Shown here piece by piece: positions 26,168 to 43,900 of a DNA stretch of 64,000 nucleotides. Position numbers and translations under genes: made by a program. This DNA comes from the human T2T-CHM13v2.0 reference genome, Homo sapiens: assembly GCF_009914755.1 (NCBI RefSeq), contig NC_060932.1; one strand, written 5' to 3'. The notes beneath the pieces were generated by a model that was given only the letters and a program-made list of their open reading frames with translations, was not told where the DNA came from and did no database searches. Numbering within the stretch: the stretch's first letter is position 1; each line of letters opens with the position of its first letter.

Positions 26168-26380
26168 GTGGAAACAGCACAGTTCTCTCGTTCAAGGCAA
26201 CCTCGTGGGGGCACCTGTTTGTGGAAACAGGATGGTTTTCTTGTTCAAGGCAACCTCGTGGGGGCACCTGTTTGTGGAAACAGCACAGTTCTCTCATTCA
26301 AGGCAACCTCCTGGGGGCACCTGTTTGTGGAAACAGGATGGTTTTCTTGTTCAAGGCAACCTCATGGGGGCACCTGTTTG
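26168..26380. repeat. 53-bp tandem repeat, 4 copies in ABAB order
   Basis: GTGGAAACAG starts at 26168, 26221, 26274 and 26327. The middles alternate CACAGTTCTCTC / GATGGTTTTCTT. Confidence 0.95.
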
Positions 26381-26628
26381 GGAAGAAGTTGCCTCCTAAG
26401 GGCTTCCTCACTTTAGTCTGCAAGGGATCACAATAAATGCAGGGTGACACTTGAAACAGCGCCAGAGATGCACACAGCAGCCCTCCCAGGGGACTACAAG
26501 GCCTTCCTGACGGGGATGGCCAACTGGGGACACACCATTCATCCACCTGGACAGCCCCCATCTCATGGGGGATGACATCGCTCCAACTTCAACACCGAGA
26601 ACACAGACCCTCCCTGCTGCTGACTCCC

Positions 26629-26939
26629 ATCACGACTCCACCCCTCCAAACTAGGATCACAAATCACGACTCCACTCCCTGAAACCAGGATCACAAATCA
26701 CAACTCCACTCCCCCAAACTAGGATCACAAATCACAACCCCACCCCCCCAAAACTAGGATCACAAATCATGACTCCACCCCGCCAAACTAGGATCACAAA
26801 TCACGACTCCACCTCCCCAAACTAGGATCACAAATCATGACTCCACTCCCCAAACTAGGATCACAAATCATGACTCCACTCCCCCGCCTAAACTAGGATC
26901 ACAAATCACGACTCCACTCCCCCGCCTAAACTAGGATCA
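26629..26939. repeat. 33-38-bp minisatellite, ~9 copies
   Basis: Unit ATCACAAATCA(C/T)GACTCCAC(C-tract)AAACTAGG, with nine AGGATCA cores. Confidence 0.95.
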
Positions 26940-27084
26940 AAAGGGTTGCCTCTGTCCAACTATGGACTTGCAACTAGACTCCAACCTACAGGGCTTTCTA
27001 CAAAATATAGAGCCCAGGGATGCCAGGAACCTTATTTTGCTGAAATAGCCTACGCTTGACATATGAACTACATAGCAACAAAAA

Positions 27085-28500
<1,416 letters not shown>

Positions 28501-28854
28501 AAATAAAACTGCATTTTCAAGGACAACAGGAGGCCCTGGAGGCTGAGTTCCTCGAAGTGCTGCCGAAGGCAATGCCAGAAGGGAACAGTCCCAGTAGCCG
28601 GAAGGAGCCACAGAAAAGCAGCATCGCAAACGCAGACGGGCCCGAGGTGGATCTCAAAAGTGTCCAAAAGGAGCTGGCCCAACCCAGGAAAGAACATCTG
28701 TGAGTGGGGCCAATACTGACGATGGCAGAGCCCTGGGACAGGCCAACACACAAGCCTCAGAAAGCTCAGTGCCCAGGGCACAGTGGTGACAGCTCGTGGA
28801 TATGCCAGCAAAATCTAACTTGTGAAGGTACATGCTGGTGACCAGCTGCACAGA

Positions 28855-28945
28855 TGTACACACACACTCATACACACACTCACACACACTCACATGCGTA
28901 AACATGTACATACACACGATGCAGATACACATACACCCATACATA
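28855..28945. repeat. Degenerate (CA)n simple repeat
   Basis: Runs such as TACACACACACTCATACACACACTCACACACAC. Confidence 0.8.
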
Positions 28946-28959
28946 CAGAATCCACAGTC

Positions 28960-29905
28960 TCCACTCCAAAATTAACAAACACATAAAGAACCAAGAAAAT
29001 AGAGCACGTTTTTGTGAGAAAAGGAAATCAACCATCTGACCCTGAAATGAGTCAGATGTTGAAACTAACAGACAAGGATTTAAAAACAGGAATTATAATT
29101 ATCCTCAGTGAAGTAAAACAAAACAGGAAAATCTCAGGGAGTGAAAACTCTCAGCAGAGACACAGAAATAATAAAAAGGAATAAAACAGTCATTCTGGAA
29201 CTGAAGAACACAATCTCTGAAATAAAGCATTACTTGACAGACTAACAGCTGAATGGGCACAATAAAGGAAAGAGTAAGTCAACTTGAATCGAGATGAACA
29301 GAAATTATCTGAAGAATACAGATAAAAATATTTTAAAAATAATAAACAGCCTTACAAATCTGTTAGATAATTCAAATGGTCACTTATAATTGGTATCTCA
29401 GGAGACCAGAGAGAGAATGGTACAGAAAGAAATGTGAAGAAATAATGGTCAAAAATTTCCCAAATTTGATGAAAGACAGAAATCTACAGGATCAAGATGC
29501 TATATGAACACCTAGCAGAGTAAAAACCAAGAGGCCGGTGCTGCAGTACATCAGAGTCCACCTGCTGGGAACCGAAACGACAGGCAGCTCACCTCAAAAG
29601 CAGGAGAGTGACCCACGACACACCACGAGCCAGTGATCCCATGAATGGCTGACTCCTCATCGAAAGTCAAGGAGGCCAGAAAAGAGTAAAATAGCAGCTT
29701 TAAAGTGCTGAATGGGAAAAGGAAAAAAAAAAGCAAAATAAAGGTACTTTCATACACGAGAAAACTAAGAACTGGGGCAGCAGACTCGCACCACGAGAAA
29801 TGCAAAGGTCTTTGGGCTGAAGGGAAATGGTGCCAGCTAGAAACTCAGATCATCAGAAAGGGATGAAGAGCACTAGAGATGGAAAATCTGGGGAAACATG
29901 AGATT
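28960..29905 (+). mobile_element. Old L1 ORF1-region fragment
   Basis: A-rich sequence with L1M ORF1 motifs: CAGATGTTGAAACTAACAGACAAGGATTTAAAAACAG, GAAGAAATAATGGTCAAAAATTTCCCAAATTTGATGAAAGAC. Confidence 0.7.
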
Positions 29906-30273
29906 TTTTTGAAAATACTTTATTTTTAGAGCATTTCACAGCAATATTAAGCAGAAAACACAGTTCCTGCATACCCCACCCCCCACACACCTCCCCCACT
30001 ACTTACCTCCCGCAACAGTGATAACAGCGTCACAATGAATGAACCCACACTGACACATCATGACCATCTAAAATCTCAGTTTAGGGCTCACTCGTGGTGC
30101 CGCGTGATCTATGGGTTTTGCATCCACCACTGCAGTACTGTACAGACTAGTGTCACCGCCCTAAAAATCCTCTGGCTTCACCCTGCTTCTCTACTCCTTG
30201 GCACTGCTGATCTTTTTGCTGTCTCTATAGTGTTGCCTCATCCAGAATGTCACATAGTTGGAATCATACAGTA

Positions 30274-30483
30274 TAGGTGTCCGTTGGTAAACAAAGGGGA
30301 TTGGGTCCGAGACCCCCACGTATACCCAAATCCATGCATACTCAAGTTCCACAGCTGGCCTTTCAGAATCCACTTATATGAAGCCAGCCCTCTGGACATG
30401 GGTTTCACATGTGTTTGGTTGAAAAAAATCCACATATAAGTGGACCTGGGAAGTTCAAACCCATGTTGTTCAAAGGCCAACTG
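30274..30483 (+). mobile_element. MER8 (TcMar-Tigger MITE)
   Basis: GGGGATTGGGTCCGAGACCCCCACGTATACCCAAATCC...AGTTCAAACCCATGTTGTTCAAAGGCCAACTG, flanked by TA. Confidence 0.75.
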
Positions 30484-30530
30484 TATCATCTTTTCAGACT
30501 AACTGCTTTCACTTGGTAATGTGCACTTAA

Positions 30531-30884
<354 letters not shown>

Positions 30885-31399
30885 TAGCCCTGAATATGAT
30901 CCCATTCTCTGGATGTGCCACTGGTTTATTTACCCGCTTATCTACTGAGGAACGTCTCAGTTGCTTCCGACTTTTGGTAATTATGAAATTATGAATAAGG
31001 TTTGGTAATTATGAATAAGGCTGCCGTAAATATCTGTGTGCAGGATTTTGTGTGGACATAAATTTTCAATTCATTTGGGTAAATACAAAGGGACAAAACT
31101 GCTGGATCACATGGTAAAGGTATGTTTAGTTTTGTAAGACTGTCGAACTGTCTTCCAGAGTGACCACCGTTTTGCATCCCCACCTGCAATGAATCAGAGT
31201 TCCTGTTCCACATCTTGGCCAGCACTGGGGGTTATCAGTGGTGTGGATTTTGGCCATTCTAATAGGTGTGCAGTGGAATCTCACTGTTTTAATGTGCAGT
31301 TCCTTAGAGATATGACATTGATCTTCTCACAATGCCCACCTGTCATCTGGGTATCTCCTTCCATTCGGAGCCTATTCAGGCCTTTCGCCCATTTTTTAA

Positions 31400-31756
<357 letters not shown>

Positions 31757-31978
31757 TGATCTGCCTGCCTCGGCCTCCCAAAGTTGATGCCGTCTTTTAC
31801 AGAGCAGAAGTTTTTCATTTTAATGAAGTCCAGCTTGTCAATTGTTTCTTCCATGGATTGTGCCTTTGGTGTTGTACCTAAAAACTCATTGTCAAACCAA
31901 GGTCACCTCTTTTTTTCCTATATTATCATCTAGAAGTTTCACAGTTTTGTGGTTTACATTTAGATGTATGATCCATTT

Positions 31979-32658
<680 letters not shown>

Positions 32659-33033
32659 CATTTTAAGTTAATTTTTTGTGATGGGTGTCTAGATTCTTTT
32701 TTTTTTTTTTTTTTTGGCACGTGGATGTTCAGTTATTCCAGCACCATTTCTTGAAAAGATCATCCTTTCTACATTGAGGTGTGTTTGTTCCCTTGTCAAA
32801 GATCAGTTGCATATGTTTATGCAGGTTTTTATCTGGGCTCTCTGTTCTGTTTCATTGATCTATTTTTTCTGTTTTTTGACCAATACCACACTGCCTTGAT
32901 TACTGTGGCTTTATAGTAAAAGTACTGAAATTGGGTACTATGGGTCCTCCAACCTTGCTCTTCTCTTTCAATATTGAGTTGACTATTCTGGGTCTTTTAC
33001 CTCTCCTTATAAACATTACAATCAGTTTGCTAA

Positions 33034-33264
<231 letters not shown>

Positions 33265-35093
33265 TAGGCTGGTCTTAAACTCCTGGGCTTAAGCGATCCT
33301 CCTGCCTTAGCCTCCCAAAGTGCTGGATTATAGGCATAAACCACCACACTTAGCCCCTGAGACTGTGATTGAGATTGTGTTGAATCTGTAAATCAAGCAG
33401 AGGACTGACATCATGATAATACTGAGTTTTCCTCATGAACAGACTATCTCTTCATTTATTTAGCTCTTCTTTGATATATTTTTATCAGTCTTGTATTTTT
33501 CCTCACAGATTTTGTACATATTTTGTTAGACTTACACCTAAGTATTTTATCTTTAGTGGTGCTAATGTAAATAATGTGTTTTTAACTTCAAATTCCACTT
33601 CTTCGTTGCCAGTATAAAGGAAAATGTAGATTTTCTGTAGATGCTCTCTATCAACTTGAGGAAGTTCCTCTCTATTCCTAGTTTGTTGAATTTGTAATCA
33701 TGAATCGAGGTTGGATTTTGTCAAATGCTTTCTCCGCATCTACTGATATGACCACATGATCTTTCTTCAGCCTGTTGATGTGGTACATCACATTACATTA
33801 ATTTATTTCCTAATGTTGGACCAGCCTTGTAAACCTGGGACAAATCCCACTTGGTCATGGTATATAATTCTTTTTATACATTGTTGGATTTGATTTGCTA
33901 ATATTTTGTTGGGATTTTTGCATTTATGTTCATAAGAGGTGTCTGTCTGTAGTTTCCTTTTCTTGTAATGTCTGTTTGGTTTTGGCATTTGGGTGGATAA
34001 CACTGACCTCATATGAGTTAGGAAGTATTCCCTCTGTTTTTATTTTCTGGAAGAGATTATAGAGAACTGGTATAATTTCTTCCTTAAATGTTTGGTAGAA
34101 GTCATAAGTGAACCCATCTGAGCCCAGTGGATTCTATTTTGGAAGGTAATTGTTGATTTGACTTATTTAACAGACATAGCCCTATTCAGATTGTCTATTT
34201 CTTCCCGTGTTTGGGAGATTGTGTACTTCAAGGAATTGGTTCATTTATCAAATTTGGGCACAGAGTTGTTCATCTTTTTTTTTTTATTACCCTTTAAAAG
34301 TCTGTGGGACATCTCTGTAGTGATGTTCCCTCTTTCATTTGATATTAGTATTTTGTGTCCTCTCTCTTCTTTGTCTTAGTCTGGCTAAAGGTTTACTGAT
34401 TTTATTGTTTTTTCAAACCATCTTCTGGTTTCGTTGATTTTCTCTATTGATTTCCTGTTTTCCATTTCATTGATTTCTGCTTGAATTTTTATTTCTTTTC
34501 TTCTGCTTACTTTGTATTTAATTTGCTCTTCTTTTTCTAGTTTCCTAGAGTGAAAGCTTACATTATGATTTTAGATCTTTCCCATTTTCTAATACATGCA
34601 GTCAATGCTATAAATTTCCCTCTAAGCACTGCATTCACAGCATTCCACAAATTTTGGTAAGTTTTATTTTCATTTTCACTTAATTCAAAATATTCTAAAA
34701 TTTATCTTGAGATATCTTCTTTGACTCGTGTTATTTGGAAGTGTGTTATTTGCCAAGTACTTTAGGATTTTCTAGCTATCTTTCTGGTTTCACTTCTAGT
34801 TTCATGTCATTGTGGTCTGAGAATAGACATTCTATGTTTTCTATTCTTCAAGTATGTTAAAGTGTTTTGTGGCCCAGAATGTGGTCTATCTTAGTGAATG
34901 TTCCACATGAGCTTGGCAGGAATGTGCATTCTGCTATCGTTGGATGAAGCAGTCTACAGATGTAAATTATTCCCAGCTGACTGATGTGATGGTGCTGTTA
35001 AACTCAACTGCATCCTGCTGGATCTGTCCATTTACGATAGAGGGTGCTGGATCTCCAACTGCAGACAGTGAACTCATCTATTTCCCCTTGTAG

Positions 35094-35297
<204 letters not shown>

Positions 35298-35578
35298 TAG
35301 TAGAGATGGGGTTTCTCCATGTTGGTCAGGCTGGTCTCGAACTCCTGACCTCAGGTGATCCACCCGCCTCGGCCTCCCAAAGTGCTGGGATTACAGGCGT
35401 GAGCCACCGTGTCCAGCTGGTTTTGTGGTTTTTAGAGATAGTGTCTCACTCAGTTGCCCAGCCTGGAGCGCAGTGACGTGATCATAGCTCACCGCAGCTT
35501 CAATGTCCTGGGCTCAAGCGATCTGCCCTTCCTGGCCTTCCAGAGTGCTGGGATTACAGGCATGACTACCACACTTGA

Positions 35579-35704
<126 letters not shown>

Positions 35705-36632
35705 TGAGTAGGGGGGATTACAGGTGCACTCCACCATGCCTGGCTAATTTTTGTGTTTTTAGTAGAGATGGGGTTTCATCATGTTGGCCAGGCTAGTCTT
35801 GAACTCCTGACCTCAAGTTATCTGCCCGCCTCGGCCTCCCAGTGCTGGGATTACAGGTGTTAGCCACTGTGCCTGGCCAACCTCACATATTTTGATGCTG
35901 TTGTTAGGCCCATACACCTCAAGATCTGTTATGTTTTGTGTCTAAAGTAGTAAGATATTTCCGCTTTCTTTGGATTACTATCTTTCTCCATCCCTTTTGT
36001 GTTTTTATGTTTAAAGTGGGCTTCTTTTCTTTTTTTTTGTTCATGGCAAGATCTTGTCATGAGACAGCAGGTTTCTTTTTTCTTTGCAATGGGGTCTTGC
36101 TCTGTTGCCCAGGCTGCAGAGCAGTGGTGCAATCACAGCTCACTACAACCTCAACTTCCTGGGCTCAAGCGATCCTACCACATCAGCCTCTTGAGTAGCT
36201 GAGACTTATAGGTACACAACACCACACCAAGCTAATTTTTTTAACTTTTTGATGAGATGATTTCTCACTATGTTGTTTAGGCTGGTCTCAAACTCCCAGG
36301 CTCAAGGGATCCTCCCACCTCGGCCTCCCAAAGTGCTGGAATTACAGGAGCCATCACTCCTGGCCGAAGCAGGTTCCTTATAGAAAACACAGTTGGGGCC
36401 AGGCACTGTGGCCTGTAATACCAGTGCTTTAGGAGGCCAAAGCAGGAGGACTGCTTGAGGCTCAAGAGTTTGAGACCAACCTGGGCAAAATAGTGAGACC
36501 TGATCTCTACAAAAATAAAAAAAGAGCTGGATGTGGTGACATGCACCTGTAGTCCCAGCTGCCCGGGATGCTGATGTGGGAGGATCGCTTGAGCCCAGGG
36601 GGTCAAGGCTGCCATGAGTCATGATCAAGCTA

Positions 36633-36842
<210 letters not shown>

Positions 36843-38382
36843 TCAGCCAGGTGTGGTAGTACATGCCTGTAGTCCCAGCTACTTGGGAGGCTGTGGTGGG
36901 AGGATCACTCGAGCCTGGGAGGTCAAAGCTTTCAATAGACTGGGACTGTGCCACTGCACTCCACCCTGGGGGACAGAGTGAGACTGTCTCAAAAAAATAA
37001 AAAAAAAATTTAAAAAGGTGATTACTGATGTTGCTGAATTAACATCTACCACATTTGTTACCATTTTCTACTTTTTGCCCTTGTTCTTCATTCCTATTTC
37101 TGTTTTCCATACTCTTCTACCTTTTGTGGGTTTACCTGAGCATTCTATTATATGTAATTCCATTTTGTATCCTTTTTTAGCATATCAACTATACTTCTTT
37201 TTTAACTTTTTAAATTGGTTTGCAATCTGCATTTACAGCTAATACAAGTCCACTTTCAAATAACAATCTCTTGGAGGCCGTGTACCATCCACTAACGAGC
37301 CTGTCAAAGGCACTGTTCCTTTCGGTTATGGTGTTTTTGGTCTCTAGTATTTAAAAAATTCTTAAAATTTCTTTTTCTTTTCTTTTTTTTCTTTTTTTTT
37401 TTTTTTTAAGAAAGATGATCTCGCTATGCTGCCTAGGCTGGCCTTGAACTCCTGGGCTCAAGCAATCCTGCTACACTATGAGGAGTTGCAAATACAGGTA
37501 TGTGCCACCACATCCAGCTTCTTAAAATTTTAATCTCTTTTGCTTACATTATCAATCTGTTTTTGCATACTGTCTACTTTTTCCCTTAAAGCCCTCAGCA
37601 CGTTAATCATAGTTTTAAAAAAATACCTGGTCTGATTACTCCAACACTCCTGCCACGACTGACTCTGGTTCTAATGCTTGTTCAGTCTCTTCAAACTGCA
37701 TTTTCTGCCTTTTAAGTATGCTTTGTAATTTTCTGTTGATAGGTAGACATGATACACTGGGTAAAAGGAATTGCAGTAAACAGGGCTTTCATCCTGTTTT
37801 CAGGTGTTGGGGTGGGAAAGTGTTCTATGATACTATGAGCAGGGCTCAGTCTTGCTGAGCTTGTGTCCCTGGACTATGAACTTCCCAAGTGCTTTTCAGC
37901 TTCCCCCACCTGCCATTAGGTGGGACAGAATATCCAGAAGTAGCTAGTGTTAGGTATTTCCCTTCCCCCAGGAAGGTTAAGTTCTGATAAAAACACCAGC
38001 AGGTTAGGCCCTGGTAAAATTGTTTCTCCTGAGGGCAGGTCTTGTTAAGAACAGAATGGTATATTCCAAAGTGGTCCCTTTTCACTTCCTCCTGCCAGAA
38101 GCACAAGGAGATTTTTCTCTGATATTCACTGTCAGTACCTAACAGAGCTCCTGGAGGTAAAGCTCACAAAAGTATGGGGTCCTCCCATGACCGGGTCCCC
38201 CTGGAGTTTTTTTTCAGAGTTGTCCACACTGAGCCTCTAGCAATTTGCCAGTTACATTTTAGGCTTACCCATCTGGCCACCGGTTCCCTGGGAGATTATT
38301 GCTCACAAGATGTGGTTGTGATTCTTTGTATCTGCCTGTTTATCTCTCCAGAGTTTTTTTTTTTTTCTTTTTTTTTTTTTAG

Positions 38383-38708
<326 letters not shown>

Positions 38709-38809
38709 TGATGGAGCTAAGATTTGTTGATTTTTCAGTTTGTTCAGCTTTTTACTTGTTAGGACACAGTGATGACTTCTAAAGTCCTTACATGTCAGAA
38801 ACAGCTAAA

Positions 38810-40060
38810 ATACTATTTATTTGGCCTTTTTCCTTTTCCTTTTTTATAAACTATATAACTGTTTAAAACTGAAATTATCACATTGTCTTTCTGAGTTTAA
38901 AATGTTATGTAGATGTATTACACATAACAACTATAACAAAAAGGATGGGAGGGATGGTTACAAGATTTCTGGATTTATGTGAAGTAGTACACAAATGAAC
39001 TGTAAGTAAACTGTGGAAACTTATGTATACTGTAAACCTTAGGAAAATCACTGTAAAAAATAATGCAAAAAGATTATGTAAAAAGCAAATAATAAAATTT
39101 AAATGGAGTTATAAAAAGTATTCAAATAACCCAAATAAAGGCCGGAAAGAGGAATTTAAAAAACAGAAGAGGTAAATGTAAGTAAAAAATAAAATATTAT
39201 GCACAAGTGCATTCCTGAACCATATAAACAATTACATTAAACATTAACAGACTAAACACTACAATTAAAAGACAAAGATTGTTAGGATGAAGAAACAAGA
39301 CCCAATTGTATGATATCTGCAAGAGATTCACTTTAAGTGTAAAGACAGGTTGAAATTAAATGGATGAAAGAAGATATACTATGCTAACAGTAAGTATAAG
39401 AAGGATGGAATTGCTACATTAATATTAGATAAAATATATTTCAAAACAAAATGTATTACCAGAGACAAACAGGAATTCTCTTATCTCTCATAATGATAGT
39501 CATAAGTGAAGTAAGTCTTATAATACAGCTTCAAGATACATGAAGCCAACACTACAAAAATTAAAGTGAAGAAAAGACAATTCCACAATCATACTTCTGT
39601 ATTTTAACACCCCTCTCTCAGCAACTGAAAGAATAACTAGACCAAAAAAAAAAAAAAAAAAAAAATCAGCAAGGATACAGAAGACCTGAACAATACCATC
39701 AACCACCTTGACTTAACTGATATTTATCTAACCCCCAAATGGCAGAATACACATTCTTTTTCAGTGCACGTGGTATTTGTACTGGGAGAGACCACATTTG
39801 GGGTCATAAAACAAGAAGCAACAAATATGAAAGGAATGAAATAATACAGAGTACGTTCTCTGACCACAGTGGAATTAAATGACAATAACAATAAGATAAC
39901 TAGGAAAACACCAACTATCTGGAAATTAATGCATGTCCAAATAATCATTGGGTCAAAGAAGAAGTCACAAGAAAAACTAGATAACATTTTGAACTAAATG
40001 TTAATGAAAATACAACATATTAAAATTTTGTGAGATGCAACTTAAGCTGCACTTTGAGAA
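38810..40060 (+). mobile_element. Old L1 inter-ORF and ORF2 endonuclease-region fragment
   Basis: AATTACATTAAACATTAACAGACTAAAC, AAACAAGACCCAATTGTATGATATCTGCAAGAGA, TTCTCTGACCACAGTGGAATTAAA. Confidence 0.75.
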
Positions 40061-40502
40061 AACGATATAATTTTACAATCTTAGCTCTTACATGTAGAAA
40101 CCAAATGCTTTATTCAACCAATTTTGAATGTGCACAAATATGGGGTATATTTTTCACGAGCCTTTCTGAATAAACTAGAAGACAAGCTCCAGCCAACCAA
40201 GAGATGGGGAAATTTTTGGTAAAAGGACCAGAGATAAACAATTATTAATAACATACTTAACTGGAGATATAAGCCAGTAACAAAGCTGCGGATATGAGTT
40301 GTAAAGTGTTATATGTTCTGACAGTGTAGAAACAATATAACCAACAAAAACTGGGAAAGGAATGAGGAGGAAAAGGGAGAAAAGTAGAACAAGCTTGTTG
40401 ACTGTCTCAGTAGCTGGCAGTCAAAGATAATACTTACAGCTGACATATCAAGTAGTAGATGTATATTCAATAGAACAAAGGTAAACATTAAAAAAAGCCA
40501 CT

Positions 40503-40808
<306 letters not shown>

Positions 40809-41189
40809 CTACTACTGACTAAACTTGGCAAATGAAGGAGAGAATGGAGTGAAGAATAAAAAGGACATGGTAGGGTACCGATATCTATTGTCAAAAGGAA
40901 ATAAGTGTATTATAAAGAAGGGAATGAAGTTGTTATCAAGGTAAATCACCAAAACAAAAATATGATCAGAAGTAGTATATATATATTTTTAAAGCAAAGA
41001 AACAGACCAGCAAGATAAAACTTCTAAAGCATGTGCACATGCTCACATTTGTAGAGGGGCTGTATCTGTGAGACTGCCCCTGGGGGAGGCCATTAATATG
41101 AACGCCATGCCCCAGCTGTCCCTCGCTTGGAGCCTCTTAAGGCAGGATTGGGAGGCTGCTCCCAGGATTAGCATCCCATCCATTCTCAC

Positions 41190-41303
41190 CTTTCTGGCAG
41201 CTTTTCAAGATATCTGGTTCCTCAGCTCCCAGAAGATTCAGGACCCAAAGTTCCTTCCCCTGCTCCAGCTGGGAGATCAACTCCGGCTTAGGGACAGGGA
41301 ATC
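41190..41303 (-). CDS. ZNF251: ZNF251 KRAB-B exon (114 nt)
   Basis: Encodes (G)FPVPKPELISQLEQGKELWVLNLLGAEEPDILKSCQK. Acceptor CAACAG|GA and donor AAG|GTGAGA. Confidence 0.95.
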
Positions 41304-41579
41304 CTGTTGAGGATGAGGACACTGGTGAGCTGGCATGGCCCACTGGGCCTTCCAGGCCAGGTGTGGAGAGATGGGCCCTGTGTGCACGTGTGTACGCCTG
41401 CACGTGTGTTGGTCAGGGGGCCCGTGGGCTGAGACTAAGTACTGAAGGAGAATCCACTCATCAGCTCTCCTGCCACTGGAGGGACACCAGTGGGGCCACT
41501 GGCAACAGGGAGTGAAGTCCCTAGAACTGGGGAGCAAGGCAGGCTTTTCCCATGGGAAATGTTCCTTCTGTAGAGATCA

Positions 41580-41882
<303 letters not shown>

Positions 41883-42202
41883 CTAAAAGGGCCCTGACCT
41901 GGTGGGGCCCCACTACCCAGGGCCCTGCTGTGGTCAGTATGAACTGTGTATCAGCAGGTCCCTGATGGGGCAGCTGAGAGCGCTGAGGACCAGCCAACTT
42001 CAGCTACACGGGGACCCAGCTGAGCTCAGAGCCCCTCTCCCTGCAGGAGGGCGAGTCTACCTCTCAGAACCCTTTCCTCACGGTTGCTATGAGCCCCTGG
42101 CTGGCCTTACCAGTTGCCGGGCTCACGGCTCCAGAGGAGAGTAGCTTCTGACTGGGATGGGGATGAAGATGAAGAGGTGGGCAGGAAGGAGGGTTAACTC
42201 AC

Positions 42203-42235
42203 CTGGTGCCCTGGAAGCTGGAATGTGGCTGCCAT
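42203..42235 (-). CDS. ZNF251: ZNF251 first coding segment MAATFQLPGHQ
   Basis: ATG at 42235-42233 in a strong Kozak context (AGAATGG). The phase-0 donor CAG|GTGAGT joins in frame to KRAB-A. The exon's acceptor is probably the AG at 42312-42311, or the CAGCAG near 42250-42255. Confidence 0.88.
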
Positions 42236-42639
42236 TCTGTGTGCATGGGCTGCTGTGGTTTCCAAGAGAAGACAGGAGACTGCCCTGGCCTGAAGTCTCC
42301 CCGAACTTACCTTCAGTGGGGAGAACTCAGGCTCAGCCCCATTCAACCAGGGGTGTGGAAGGATGGCCAGGAGGCAGAAGCTGATTGCTGCTGTGGCCTC
42401 CTGGGTCGCGGGAGGCAGGTCACTATGCAGCACGGGCCGACGTGCCCTACTGCTCAGTGACTCCTGAAATCCCAGAACGGCCAGAGCCAGAGCCCGGGGG
42501 GATCCAGGGACGCCCGGCTAAGGGGTGAAAGCTGGCAGTTCCCGTGGTCCAGACCTGCTGAAGGCCCTGGAAATGGGGTGCAGGGCCGTTCTACCTGCCT
42601 GGCCAACCTGGGGCAAAGAGCCACGTGAGGGTGCAGCCT

Positions 42640-43360
42640 CACCAAGGCTGAGGACGTGAGAAGGAGGCCGCGGGGATGCTGCCGAAGGCCCCAGGCTCCG
42701 GGGAGAGGCCGGAAGCCAGCTGTGGTCCTCAGTCCAGCCTTCTAGGGCCGCGCCGCGGTCGCCTCCTCCCGGCCTCTGCAGCCCGTCGGTGGCTCCCGCG
42801 GCACCCAGAACAGGCTCCTCCTGGACTGGCCGCCGCCTCCCCGCGCCCTCCCCGCGCCCTCCCCGCCTGCCTGCCCGCTTGGCGCTCCTTCCTGGTCCGA
42901 CACTGCCCCACCTGTTTGCTCGACCCGGGGAAGCCACCGAGGAAGCGCCGAGGAGCTGCGCAGTCGCACCGAGCCCGGAACGGACCCTCCCACAGAACCG
43001 GGTCCAGAGCCGGGGAGGGGGCGGGCTAGGATGAAGAGGGCGGGCCGGGCCGAGCTGCGCACACGCAGGCTTCCCCGCCCCCTGCGGGGCCTCAGTACGC
43101 CTCCGAGAACGCCGGGAACCGGAAGCCAGCCGCGGTTCCGCCCGGATTCTTCCGGGGCCGCTCTGGGATGACTGGAGGCCTGCGCCGTCTATGGTCGGGG
43201 AGGGGGAGAGCCCACGGCAGCTGAGCGGAGGGTCTGGCGCGGTGACGCTGCGCATCCGGGCCGCGCCGCGCTCGCCCCGACCCTAAACCCTCACCTGAAC
43301 CCTAACCCCGCTGGGCTCCCGGCTCCCCCGTCGGTCACCATACATCGTGTGTCCCGATTC
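42640..43360 (-). promoter_or_regulatory. ZNF251: ZNF251 CpG-island promoter and non-coding first exon (candidate donor CAG|GTGGGG, exon end 42912)
   Basis: Dense CpG, GC boxes (GGGGCGGG ~43018), ETS cores CCGGAAG ~43119 and CTTCCGG ~43149, NRF1-like TGCGCA sites. It lies directly upstream of the ATG exon. Confidence 0.85.
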
Positions 43361-43400
43361 ACCATAACCACCAGAAAGTCGCTTATGAAGATGTTACAAT

Positions 43401-43900
<500 letters not shown>

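Noticed and set aside
42518-43255. 245-aa minus-strand ORF over the ZNF251 promoter
   Set aside because: A GC-rich chance ORF spanning promoter, exon 1 and intron 1. It is not needed for the 671-aa spliced CDS.
43279-43310. Telomere-like CCCTAA hexamers upstream of ZNF251
   Set aside because: Only ~4 degenerate units, too short to call an interstitial telomeric repeat.
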